A stretch of 64,000 bases of DNA from Euprymna scolopes (Eukaryota): the NCBI GenBank assembly GCA_053919585.1, contig CM132819.1; one strand, given 5' to 3'. The notes under the pieces are model-generated. The model did no database searches. It was not told the DNA's origin and saw nothing but the letters and a program-made list of their open reading frames with translations. How positions within the stretch are numbered: the stretch's first letter is position 1; every line of letters begins with the position of its first letter. The position numbers and the translations under genes were made by a program. Positions 11,400-24,056 of the stretch are shown piece by piece.

Positions 11400-12544
11400 G
11401 TTAATAAAATATGTTGAAAAACACTTTGAAATGAGTTAAAAACATATTTAATCTGAAATGGAAACAGTAGATAAATGGATAGTCCTTAATCCGCGGAGTT
11501 TCGAAGAAATACTCTCCTTCTCATCAGAGGGTAGGAATTAGCAAAATGCGAGATCGGATTTTGCATGCAGAAGTATTTGATGAAACAACAAGTAAGTCAA
11601 AGATCTTACTTGAAAACAAAATAAGTTAAGCAGAGGGAATATGGTAAAGAAAAAGGTGATTACACTTGAATGGATAGTCTGGTGGAAGATAAAAAATCCA
11701 GTGACGGTAAAATCCAAATGTAAAACTTCAAGAAAGTTAAAAGAATTTCCATTTGTACAAGTAAAATCCAAAGACATCCCGTAATTGGAAGAAGATTGTC
11801 CATAATAATCCAAAGGCAGAACTCCATGGAATAATTCACAAGCATGTGTACAAGGAAAAAATAATATTAATAAAATAAAAATAAAATGTTCTTTTCACTC
11901 TACTTCCGAGACATAACTATAAATAAAAAAGATCTAGGAAGAAAAAAGAGAGAGAAAAAAAAGAGAGAGAGAAAAAAATGATAAAGTTAAATATAAAATA
12001 AAGGGAAACAAAAGTCAAAACGACCCAGACAGGAAATGTTAAAGGCGCGAAAATATATATAGGGCAAAATTATATAGGTCAACTGAAACGTACAGGTTAT
12101 CACTTAAAAATGTCAGCAATAGTTATTACACGACANNNNNNNNNNNNNNNNNNNNNNNNNNNNNNNNNNNNNNNNNNNNNNNNNNNNNNNNNNNNNNNNN
12201 NNNNNNNNNNNNNNNNNNNNNNNNNNNNNNNNNNNNNNNNNNNNNNNNNNNNNNNNNNNNNNNNNNNNNNNNNNNNNNNNNNNNNNNNNNAAATAAGAAA
12301 AAATAAAGATAAAAAATAAAAATTATATAGGGGGAGAAGATGGCCAGTATCTGCAATTTCAGGAAAAAAAGTAAGTAAATTCATATAGTAAAATTTAAGT
12401 AAATATACATACAAGATATGAAAGTGTGGGTAGATTGATATACTAGATAGATAGGTTAGAGAAGTTCCTTGGTTATTATTAGAATTATGGTTGTTAAAAG
12501 AAGAAATGTGGTTTGATATTCTTTTCTTAATGTTGAAGTAGCGC

Positions 12545-12622
<78 letters not shown>

Positions 12623-13790
12623 GTACTTTATTAAAAGCTCGAGGTCTGGTATTAATATTAATTTGCTGATTTGTATTAGTTAAATAGTTTGAATTTTGTT
12701 CATAGTGTTCAACAAATGGTGGGACAATGCCTGTATGAGGACTATTTTGGAGGGGATAATGAGTGTTGTTAGTGTTAAGATGGCTGTTAGGAGAAATATT
12801 GTTATTCTCATTAATATTATGATTATTATTATTATAATTATTATTATCATCATTATTACTAGTTGTATGATTGTAAATGGAAGGGCTGCTCGAATGGTGT
12901 ATTGGATTAGTAACTATATCAGATGGAAGATGGGAAGAAGAATAACTTGAAGACAAAATATTAGTGTCTGTTATAGGAGGATTGTGTGGGAACTCAGTAA
13001 TAGTGCAAGAATATATAACATCTTTATTGATACAATCATTATTGAGTGGGCAAAGATGTTTGTTATTATGATTACAGTTAGTTTTGGGTTTAATTGGGAA
13101 AGAGATTTTTTGGGCTGATTTAATTTGTTTGTTATTAGATGTTAAGATTCTTTGTGCTAAATTAGGCATTGTTGAATAAGAAATCCGGATTGAATTGTTA
13201 TTGAAAATAGAACTATATCTGTGTGGGTATTTGAAAAAGTTTTGTACAATGTTGAAGAATTCCTTAGGTATATTAGTTTTGACATTTAGGCTAAATGGAG
13301 GATTAAACCAAATATTTTTCTTTCTCCTGATGCGACGAGGTTGGTTAGAGGCATTGCGATTAGTATTTTGGTTTGGATTATAAATGTAGACTGGTTCATT
13401 GTTAGTGATAGCGGCAGATCTTGTTATTTGAACTGGTTTCTTACGAGTCATATTGTGTGTGATTACAGATTTAAGGCGGCCTTAAGGAGGAGCATAATTG
13501 TTGTATTTAATCTTTTCCTTGTACCCTGAGTTCCATAAAGCATTATTGAAGAAAGTAGCATTTTGATTAAAAGTTTTTTATCAGCAGAAAGAGCAGAAAT
13601 TCTTCTAGAGACAGATAGCACTATAGATTTTATAATTGAGTTGGGGTGGTTAGAAGATTCATGGACGTATAAAAGCGTAAAATTAGGTTTATGATAGGGG
13701 CTATGAGTTTCGATAGAAAATTTGAACTTTTTTTGTTTGGTTCGATAATTATAGAAAGGCCAAATAATATATATATAAAATATATACATA
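11400..13790 (-). mobile_element. Penelope-like retroelement relic (Neptune-like): RT C-terminus, Cys linker, GIY-YIG endonuclease
   Basis: YHKPN..LYVHESSNHP..IIKSI; IWFNPPFS.NVKTNI; YSTMPNL; C-x6-CPLNNDC..VIY; YIGATS; frameshifted KRISNHISSF. Confidence 0.85.
11484..11530 (-). ncRNA. Minimal type I hammerhead in Penelope 3' region
   Basis: CCU-CUGAUGA-GAAG(GAGAGUAUUU)CUUC-GAAA-C-UCCGCGGA(palindrome)-UUA-AGG; same strand as and downstream of the PLE ORF. Confidence 0.65.
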
Positions 13791-13798
13791 TATATATA

Positions 13799-13833
<35 letters not shown>

Positions 13834-14110
13834 TTTGTACTTCTATCACAAAATTCAATCAAACCGGAAGATTTTATAAAGAGATGCGCTGCACCTCTCT
13901 GAAGTAATTTGCTAAATTATTTATTGCCTACGATAAGGCTTTAGAATAGTCTCGAACAAATATTAAATATATATTTTTAATCTACAGGGATGAATGATCC
14001 AAAATTCAAACTCAAATCAAGAACAAAAACTTGTAAAGTATGTTTCCTGAATAAATATTGATATTTCGAATAGAAAACAACCAACAACAACTATTTATAA
14101 ATATATACTA

Positions 14111-14520
14111 CTAGCGGGGGCGGACGCCCTGTTTTTCCCGGTCGTAATATACGCTTAAATATGATATTTAAATTTGCCCAGATTTTGTATATATTATCAT
14201 AGAGTCGGGATTTCCAAAGTAAAAAAAGAGTATCCGAGTGGCAAATGCCGAAACAAAACCTATAGCATTCACAGCTGATGAAAGTATCACTGTATCAACG
14301 TAACACGCATATGACTTGATTGCAAATTAAAAATAAACTAAGATGAATGTACAAAATGTATAACGATCTTTTCCATTTTTATCCATTTTTGATCACTTAA
14401 AAAATAATTTTAACTGGCTAAAGACCCATAAGAGAACAGTCCGTAAAAATCCAATTATTTAGACGCATAGAGCTGCTATGCGACTTTTCGTTTCGGAGGA
14501 GATAGCGTTTGAAAATATGG
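14111..14520 (-). mobile_element. Non-autonomous Helitron-like repeat (family D)
   Basis: GC hairpin plus CTAG 3' end at 14111; reverse-complement homology to 25270-25698. Confidence 0.6.
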
Positions 14521-15294
14521 AGGAAGACAATCAGATATATAACAGTTTATGTATTTGATATTTTATGAGTTTTAAAAATTATTTTTCCGTGCAAAAAAAT
14601 AATTTCGTTATTTTTATAGATAAACTAATGATAGCAAACATGTTTTTGGATGTTTATGTATTAAGGTAAAGGCGCTCAAGCAACAATAGGCAAGATGGTT
14701 TAGTTTAGGGTCATATCCAGGACCGGACCTCGTAGAGATGCACATAATTTTACACCCACCGTAAAATCAATATGTTCCGGATCATTCCAGAAAGGGATTA
14801 ATATGATAATTTTGGGAACCTAGTATAAAAAATCCCTAGCCGTATTTTAAAGTTTTTACCACCTCTATGTTTCTATTAAATAATATCCGACACTATATTT
14901 CCTCTCGCTTGATTTATTTCCCTTGTAGACTTTTGATTGCCATTTTTCTTTCCTAAATCGTATTGCTTCTCGCTGTTCGTCTCTCCTCATACGCAGACAC
15001 TTTTTACTGTTTGTTCAGTAATGTCCGATCATCAGTTGTTGTAGTACCCGTTTTTCACGTCATTCCAATATTTATCCCTTCGTCATTTCTGGCACATTAT
15101 TTTTATCGTCGCAATTAAACCGCAAATGACAACGCATTTGATCCGACTGTCTCATCGGAAGAGGATCTCGGACACGCCAAAAAAATAAAATAATAATAAT
15201 AATTGTGCAGAGAAATAGTACACCGATTTAAATACTCTTAAACACTCTTATAAACCATTCTCCACTCATATTCGATTATTTAAACTATTCCATT

Positions 15295-16766
15295 GTACCT
15301 ATTTACAATGCCACCCCACAGGACAGAGTTAGACATCAGGGCTGTTTTTTAACGTGGAGAAAAGGTACAAAAATAATAAAAAAAATGCCTCAGTCGTAAA
15401 GCACTGCTCCTTCACCGAGAGAGAACAAGAAATGGAAGTGCAGCATCTGAAGAACAGATACTACACTTTGATCTTGACAAAAAGGCCAGGTATTTATTTG
15501 CTCCCCCACCGAGCAAATTAGGTACAAGGCCGATTTTTAATGTGAGGAGTGAAGGGAAAATGGGGACCTACTCCCCGGGGAGTAGGGGAGCTTGATAGTG
15601 ACAATTGGTATGAAGGGTTGCCCCTACATTGACCAAGGTCTTCTATGTGGGGTTTTCCCCATATATTGTCTTTGCTTGCAGTAGCTGCCGGAACAGATGC
15701 TACACTTTGATCTTGACCAAAAGGTCAAGTATTTATTTGCTCCGCCACTGAGCAAATTAGGCACAAGGACGATTTTTAATTTAAGGAGTGAAGGGGAAAT
15801 GGGGACCAACTCCCCGGGGAGTAGGGGAGCTGGATAGTGACAATTGGTATGAAGGGTTGCCCCTACATTGACCAAGGTGGTATTTATTTGCTCCCCCACT
15901 GAGCAAATTAGGCACAAGGCCGATTTTTAATGTGAGGAGTGAAAGGAGGAATGGGGGCCAACTCCCCGGGAAGTAGGGGAGCTGGATAGTGACAATTGGT
16001 ATGAAGGGTTGTACCTACATTGACCAAGGTCTTATATGTGGTGCGCCCCCACATATGGTCTTTGCCTGCAGTATCTGCCGGAACAGATACTACACTTTGA
16101 GGTATTTATTTGCTCCCACACTGAGCAAATTAGGCACAAGGCCGATTTTTAAAGTGAGGAGTGAAGGGGAAATGGAGACCAACTCCCCGGGGAGTAGGGG
16201 AGCTGGATAGTGACAATTGGTATGAAGGGTGGCCCCTTCATTGACCAAGGTCTTATATGTGGGGTCGCCCTCACATATGGTCTTTGCTTGCAGTATCTGC
16301 CGGAACAAATGTTATTTATTTGCTCCCCCACCGAGCAAATTAGGCACAAGACCGATTTTAATGTGAGGAGTGAAGGGAGGGGGAAGGGAAAAAGGGGACC
16401 AGCTCCCGAGAGGTGGGAAATGGGAGCTGGTTAATGGTCAGGCATGTGGGGTTTCCCCCACATCTGGTCTTTGCTAGTCATAGCTAGTCATAGCTTGCAG
16501 CAACTGCCGGAACAGATGGTATTTATTTGCTCCCCCACCGAGCAAATTAGGCACAAGGCCGATTTTTAATGTGAGGAGTGAAGGGAGGGGGAAGGGAAAA
16601 AGGGGACCAGCTCCCGAGAGGTGGGAAATGGGAGCTGGTTAATGGTCAGGCATGTGGGGTTGCCCCCACATCTGGTCTCTGCTAGTCATAGCTAGTCATA
16701 GCTAGTCATAGCTTGCAGCATCTGCCGGAACAGATACTACACTTTGATCTTGGCCAAAAGGCCAAG
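15295..16766 (-). mobile_element. Array of seven head-to-tail U2-headed SINE-like units: beta 15295-15490; alpha 15490-15729, 15729-15878, 15879-16100, 16101-16310; gamma 16311-16517, 16518-16766
   Basis: The fullest head, CTTGGCCTTTTGGCCAAGATCAAAGTGTAGTATCTGTTC (16728-16766 minus), matches the U2 5' end. Alpha and gamma 3' ends are near-invariant while 5' starts vary. Confidence 0.85.
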
Positions 16767-18162
16767 TTATTTTATTGTAATAAAGGGGATAGATTTAGAT
16801 GTTTTTTTTTTCAAACTGGACGATCTGAGATTGTTTGGTCGCACGAAAACTTTTAATTGAATGAACGCCCTTATCAAATCAAAGTAAATATCCGTTATTT
16901 ATACTTTTCTTTATCCCAAACAAAGCATATTTAGTTGAAACGCTAAAGGGAGACTGAGATAAAGGCCAGATTTAAAAGACTAATCTTGTAAAGAGTTAGG
17001 ATGGAAGGTGTACATATTACATTAAAATGTTTGCATCTTGGTTGTAAAAATAGGATGCAGAAAGGAAATAGCAATGGAACTTTTTTTTTAAAGCTCTCGA
17101 AACACTACTCCATTGGTTACTAGTTTAAAACCTTGCACAAGAACACGATGGCATCTTACGGTAGTTTACGGTAAGCAGTCGGAAATTTGCTGAGAAATAT
17201 GAGCACTGCAAGGCGATAGATTCGAAACGCCTAAAACAAATATTAAACCAAGATATACTTTCTGTTAATTTAATTATATAGAAATACCTTCTTTTTTTTT
17301 TAAATATTTTTTAAATATTTACAAAAAAGTTACTACAACGAAAACATTTAAACAATAATAAAAGATAATCAAAATTGTTTTTGTGGTGGAAATAGTCAGT
17401 TTTTTTTTTAATACGAGAAATATTTCCACGCAATAAGCTTTTGTAATAACGAACATATTTTTTCATGGAAACAGCTATGATCGAAAACATTTATTTTTTC
17501 AAAATTTGTATCTGATAAGTATTTTATTTTACTATCAAGAAAACCAGTGTCAATAGCTGAGTTCTAATTGATTGTCGCATCGGCTTTTTCCGCCAACCTT
17601 TTTGACAGCTTATTGTAAACAGCTTGAAGTTGTCGATGACATTTTGGATCAGGTTCTGGACCGACCATAATAAGAAAGTGATATTTTGGTTCCAGTTATA
17701 TTAGTAGGTGTAATTTCGCTGGGAACATGCAAGAAATATATGTTGTTCAAAGATCATTTCAAGAAGGTACAAGTAGAACAATCGTGTAAAAGAGGTTTGA
17801 GCTTGGCAGACATTACGGATATATTAGATTATTCAAGTAAGAAGGCGAAACTAGTTATCGTTTTAGAAACAAAAAGACAGGTCATGTCCTTACCGTGCTC
17901 CCTGGGTTGATGGCCAGCATTTAAGTGGTTTTAAGAATGTGGAATTATCTCATAGTTTAAATTATTTTCAAATTTAGCAATTCGGTATCCAACGGTCACA
18001 TAGGTGTGCTAAGTAGAATTTGTCACAGGTAATAAATTAAACAACCTCGATACCTCACGTGCAAGGTGTTCGCCCCATTTCCTGGATATACAGAACGTAT
18101 GGATTTATTATATTTGATAAGTATTAATATTAAACATACTGTTAAAAAGGAGTAATGGAAAT

Positions 18163-18194
<32 letters not shown>

Positions 18195-18697
18195 GGGGGA
18201 GTATCGTGTGAGGAGAAGGAAAGAAAAAGAGATTGTCGTGTGAGGAGAAAGAAAGAAAAAAAGAGACTGATGTCGAGGAGGAAAGAAAAAAGAGATTGAC
18301 GTAGAGGGGAACAAACAGATTGATGTAGAAGAAAAAGAGAAAGAAAGAGCTGGATTAAAAAAGAAAGTACGCGAATCAAGAGAAAGATGGAGGTGTTTGC
18401 AAATAAGATGAACTTTAAATAAGTGTGGAATAACGCGATAACAAGGTTAGACAAAAGGCAAAGAAAAAATAGAAAGAAACCAACAGAAAAATGTAAGAGA
18501 AAGTACTAAAGTGAGGCAAAGAGAAAAATATTGCAATAAAGAAAGAAAAGTAGAGAGAAAGAGGGGGGTAGAGTTAGTTGAAAAATATCTAACACGAAGC
18601 CATTTTAAACCTTTCAACAGGCTTTACACACTTGCTTTTCTCCAATTCACACAATTTAATCTGATCTTAATGCCCGACGCACCGCCTTTCTTTTTAA

Positions 18698-19154
18698 CTA
18701 GCAGGGGTGCCCGGCGTTGCTCGGGTGTTTGGAGGTGTACGCTGTGCAAAAAAAGCAAAAAAAACAAAAAAATGGTTAATTTTTTAAAAACTTTAACCCC
18801 TATTATGACCCCTTAAAATTTATAGTTTCGGCCTCAAATCACTTTATTAAGTTAGATCCAGGTTCAAGGAACCTATATCTAAAATTTCAAGTGTCTAGAC
18901 CCAAAATTGTCGGAGGAGTTTGGTAGAGTTCTTAAAGGTTAAATCGTTGAAATTTAACCCCTTAACAGCCAAATTTCTGGCTGACACCCGTCACATTGAT
19001 TTTCCCAAATCTCAATACCCGGTATTTCAAATTTCGAGTCTATAGACTTAAAATTGACAGAGTTATTGCGTAGGGAAATGTACACAGACAGACAGACACA
19101 CAGACACACAGACAGACAGGCAGACAGACACGTTCACTTTTATAGATATATAGA
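18698..19154 (-). mobile_element. Non-autonomous Helitron (family A), full length
   Basis: On the minus strand: TC start, CCCGAGCAACGCCGGG hairpin, CTAG end, A/T insertion context. Confidence 0.8.
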
Positions 19155-20629
19155 TTGCGCATACCTACGTTTTCATATTAGAAACATGTTAACGCAACTT
19201 AACTGTACATAACATACACTGTTTTTTGAGAGGTTTGGCAGGACAACCTGCCATGACAGTACCCTGACTAAATGTTCAAAATATATTATCCGCTGCCCAA
19301 TTATATCTCATCGGTATGGCTAACCCACACTTGCTTTTACGAGGAATGGTTCACATTTCTAAGTGATATTACCTCAAGCAAAAGTACGAAGCTGTATACT
19401 ACACTAGACTAGATTAATTATTGTCCTGAGATTTGATAAGATCAAGAGACCAAAAATAAAAAAAAATATAGAACATTAAAATAGCCAATCAGGACGAGGA
19501 AAATTATGTCTCATTTGTTTATTAACTCAGTGTTTGAAAAGTAAAGCTGAATTTTAATGAAATATTCGACTGTCTATGTGTCTTACATGGAGATCAAGTG
19601 TTAGCGCCCCCCCCCCCCGCCCGGAAAAGAGGGATCTTTTGAATTTTGAAAACTGTGATTGATATAAAATGAAACCAAAAGAGAAATTGCGCAGTCTTGC
19701 TAGTAACGAAGACATCGTAGGAACACTTAAGTGCAAACACAAACAAAGAGTTACGAATTTTAGTTGATAACTGACCCATGCCACACGATCGTTAGGGCGT
19801 TAAATCCTTGGTAAGGACAAGTAAAAAATGAAGAAAATATCTGACGCTCCTTTGCTAAATACTTTGTCTTTTAAGGCGACGACATTGAATGAACTCAATA
19901 ACGGATGTTCCACGGACATGCCTCATTTGCAATATCCGACATTTCTCGAATGCCCAAGCAATTGCCGCGGCTTCGTCTTCAAAGGGTGCCTATCGGCATT
20001 GTGCATTAGTTCAACATCTGCTTGCAAAAAACAATATATGCGATTCACCACAAAAATAAAAAAAAACATGCTGGCGGTTTTTGTTTGACATGCACTGTGC
20101 TTCTGTAATATCCGAAAACACAGGCCTTCATTACTTCAGTCTGAAGGAAGGCAGATTGCTCTGTTAATATCAAAGGTTCAAACAGCGGAAGCAGGTAGGT
20201 AGTTTTGTATTATCCCATTCTCAATTTATAGCAGACAACCAAACCTCTATCGTCCCTTATAGCTTATTTGTGTTAGTTGCAAAAAATCGACGATAGATGT
20301 TAACTCCATCGACAAACAGCTTCTTCGAAAGGGACTGCCAGCCATCGAACACATTGCCACGTGACTGCTTCTTTCCTGATTCAGATGCCTTTAACTCAAA
20401 TGTCGACAGATAATTGCCATTGACTGTTCTATCAGTAATCTAATAAAGTTCATACAATCGATTAATATCAGTACTTTAATAATGTTCCTCATCTTTTGGT
20501 TGCTAATCGATTTCTCATAATTCTTTATTCTTTTGTTAGAAAATTCTACCTTTCTTTATCCTTATAAAGTAGTTATCGCAAAAAAAGCCCTCTAGTCGCT
20601 TTCGACGACGTTCGGTCACAGTTCAGCAT

Positions 20630-20845
20630 GCCATTTTTAGCTAAGAAAAAAGTAGTATTTGTTCTGATACTACACTTTACCTTTTCCGTCCTCAGTCAGT
20701 AGAGGAAAATCCTTCATGACTGAGACAATTTTAATTTTTGTTCCCATCCAGACTGCCCGTTTTTGGGGAGCTAGATCTCCCGCACATTGAAAACCGATCT
20801 GGTGTCTAACTCTGCCCTCGTGCGGGGGTAAGCAAATAAGAACAT
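20630..20845 (+). mobile_element. Degenerate solo U2-headed unit (beta-like)
   Basis: GCCATTTTTAGCTAAGAAAAAAGTAGTATTTGTTCT head; AAATCCTTCAYGACTGAGACAATTTT and CTGGTGTCTAACTC shared with 760-932. Confidence 0.65.
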
Positions 20846-21597
20846 TATAAACACCATATTCTAATCTTTGCAAGTGCACTACTTAGCTCTAATTTGTGGT
20901 GCCATTTTGGAAACTTTTTAAAAGAAAGCACTTGTCTAGATAAAACCACTATCAAATTCCCCGACTCTCTCGGTGCCTAAACCTAAATGTGAATTCTATG
21001 AACACAGATTATTTCCCAGGACTGCCCGTCTGTGAAATTGTCCCGCTAGTATTCTTCTTAGCTGACTACAATATTTTCAAGTGAAACGTAAATAAGTTCT
21101 TGTTTAACCGTCCTCTTAAATAATCAACTTATACCAAATTTCCTCTACTAACCATTACTATGCTATTATCCCAATGGCTACCGTACACACATTTAACCTT
21201 ATCCCTGTGTGACCCCTGTGTGACCCCTGTGTGACCCCCTGAGCATTGATAAAGGGTGATCCATTTGTAAAAATATGACTTTTTAAAGATTTAAAAAAAA
21301 AAACATAAAATCGATAATCCGACGATTTATAACGAATTTCTGATAAAATAACCGATTAATGATTCACCCTGACCTTTCACCTTTATTGGAGGAATATAGA
21401 TTAGGATATATTGTTAAAAATTGGAATGGTGAAGAATCGATCTATGAATGTGATTACATTCTGGATTTTGTGAAGAGGTCACTAGTGTGTCTTTATTACA
21501 TACACATATAAATTTATCATCTCAGCACAGGCGAATTTTATGTTTTCAGTTAAATTTGCTTTTTTTTTGTGTGTACAGCCTATATTATGTTCCGTCG

Positions 21598-21681
<84 letters not shown>

Positions 21682-21682
21682 C

Positions 21683-22788
21683 AAGGCAATCATGAAGAGA
21701 AGACGTATTCCTTCGGAATTCATTTTATATTAAAAAACGACCGAGAAGAAAAGGAAAATGGATAGCGACTAAAAAATAAAAGTAGGGAAATAGAAAAAAA
21801 ATCAAAACGAATCAATTGACATGTTTCGCCCTCACTCGTCAAAATTGGAATCGAGGGATTTATTTTTTAGTAATTTATTTTCCTTAATGATAAAATCTAA
21901 AAAAAGAGACGGAAGCAAGAGCAATCGTATGGGGATGAGTTTTAGAGGCTGATCACAAACTGTCCTTTTGCTTACAAAGGGAAGGATTCCTTAGTTGAAC
22001 TAATTTGTTTGGTGAATTTTTCACTTACTTTCCCCAACCACGGTAAGTGAAAAATTCACCAGACAAATTAGTTCAACTGTTGAAGGATGTTATTTTGCTT
22101 CAAATGTTCGTGTTGTGTATAATACAAAACCATTAATGGCTTCCAATAAAAAAAGATGTTCTACCCCCTCATCATATTAGTAATGTCATTCACTCATTTA
22201 AATGTGGTTGCGGTGCCGACTACGTAGGTCGAACGTCTTTAAAATTGGTAAGTCGCATACAACAACATGTACCGAGCAAAATCAGGAATGGAACATTCCT
22301 ACCTACCGACGCTGTAAACAAGACATATGGATCCGCTATAACGCAACACTTTATTAAATACCTGGATTGTGCAACGAACTTCACCATCGACTCTTTCTCA
22401 GTATTGAGTCGAGCTCACTCTGTATATTATCTAAAAGTCTTGGAGACTGTTCACGTTCGCCTCAGGAAGCCTTCCCTTTGTAAGCAAAAGGACTGCTTGT
22501 CAGGTTTGAACGTTATCAGCCTCTAAAATTCATCCACATATGATTGCTCTTGATCTCGTCTCTTTTTTTTAAGATTTTATCATTAAGGAAAACAAATTAC
22601 TACAAAATAAATCCCTCGATTCCAATTTTGATGAGTGAGGGCGAAACATGTCAATTTACTTGAGTTTTTTTTTTTCTATTTCCCTACTTTTATTTTTTAG
22701 TCGCTATCCATTTTCCTTTTCTCCTCGGTCTTTTTTTTTTAAATATAAAATGAATTCCGAAGAAATACGTCTTCCCTTCATGATTGCC

Positions 22789-22790
<2 letters not shown>
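21683..22790 (+). mobile_element. Penelope-like element 3' fragment (GIY-YIG) in fold-back configuration, flanked by (TA)n
   Basis: KDVLP..ISNVIHSFKCGCGADYVGRTSLKLVSRIQQHVP..SAITQH..LKVLET..KPSLCKQK. The left arm 21683-22028 is an inverted copy of parts of 22043-22790. Confidence 0.85.
22624..22656 (+). ncRNA. Minimal hammerhead variant in PLE terminal repeat (inverted copy at 21814-21846)
   Basis: AAUU-UUGAUGA-GUGAGGGC-GAAA-CAUGUC-AAUU; palindromic ACAUGU stem III; C3-to-U variant. Confidence 0.55.
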
Positions 22791-22830
<40 letters not shown>

Positions 22831-23129
22831 AAACCAAGAGTCCTTGTACCGGAAAATTATCCAATAACTAAAACGTTGTTTAATAAATCGTTATTTTTTT
22901 GCATTTTTTTTTTGTTTTTGCATTTCCATACACCAAACATGGATATAAATATCAGTAAAATATCCGCAGGATCATAAGCTTAATTTTGGTACCTAAGTTG
23001 CCTGGGTGGATTACCTGTAGGCTACAATAAACCGCGTCACACACACAGACATTAGGAAAATGTATAATATGAGAAGATTACATATATGCATATATACATA
23101 ACATATATATATTATATACATGTATATAT

Positions 23130-23390
23130 ATGCATAGATCATCGTATAACGATTAGATCACTGTGACTGACGTAAAGAACATTAAAAAATAAAATGCTAA
23201 AATACAATATTATTTCTCGCAGTTAATGGTAGCCGATTGGATAGGGACTTTGCTAATTGAGCCAGAGATGGCTCGTGTTGCCGGATTCGAGTCTGTTGAC
23301 TGGTGTTAATCGCAGCACCCTGCACTGAAGATTCCCAAAATGATGAAACAGTAGTGTCTGAAAGTATTTAATTATTAAAGTAAAAAATAA
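23130..23390 (+). mobile_element. Third copy of tRNA-headed hammerhead repeat
   Basis: Reverse-complement homologue of 4643-4900; hammerhead core CTGAAGA..GAAA..GTC at 23319-23364. Confidence 0.7.
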
Positions 23391-23995
23391 GTATATATTA
23401 TACATATATATATTTATTATACATATATATAATATTTATTATACATATATATAATATTTATTATACATATATATAATATGTATTATACATATATATGTAT
23501 ATATATATTTATTATACATATATATATAATATTTATTATACATATATATAATATTTATTATACATATATATGCATATATATATTTATTATACATATATAT
23601 ATACTATTTATTATACATATATATATATTTATTATACATATATATATATTTATTATACATATATATATATAATATTTATTATACATATATACATTCATTA
23701 TACATATATATATATAATATTTATTATACACATATAATATTTATTATACATATATATATAATATTTATTATACATATATATAATATTTATTATACATATA
23801 TATAATATTTATTATACATATATAATATTTATTATACATATATATATAATATTTATTATACATATATATATAATATTGATTATACATATATATATAATAT
23901 TTATTATACATATATATATAATATTTATTATACATATATATAATATTTATTATACATATATATACTATTTATTATACATATATATAATATTTATT

Positions 23996-24054
<59 letters not shown>
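23390..24054. repeat. AT-rich minisatellite (ATTTATTATAC(AT)n units) ending in (TA)n
   Basis: Directly visible tandem units of ~20-25 bp. Confidence 0.9.

Positions 24055-24056
<2 letters not shown>

Noticed and set aside
16728-16766. Functional U2 snRNA gene
   Set aside because: Only the first ~45 nt match. Stem II, the Sm site and the 3' stems are replaced by unrelated body sequence, and the first ~7 nt are missing.
15280-16780. TSD around the second U2-headed array
   Set aside because: Only a weak TATT..ATTGTA similarity on both sides; not convincing.
19800-20440. Possible decayed transposase sequence
   Set aside because: GC-richer, but no diagnostic motif could be read reliably.
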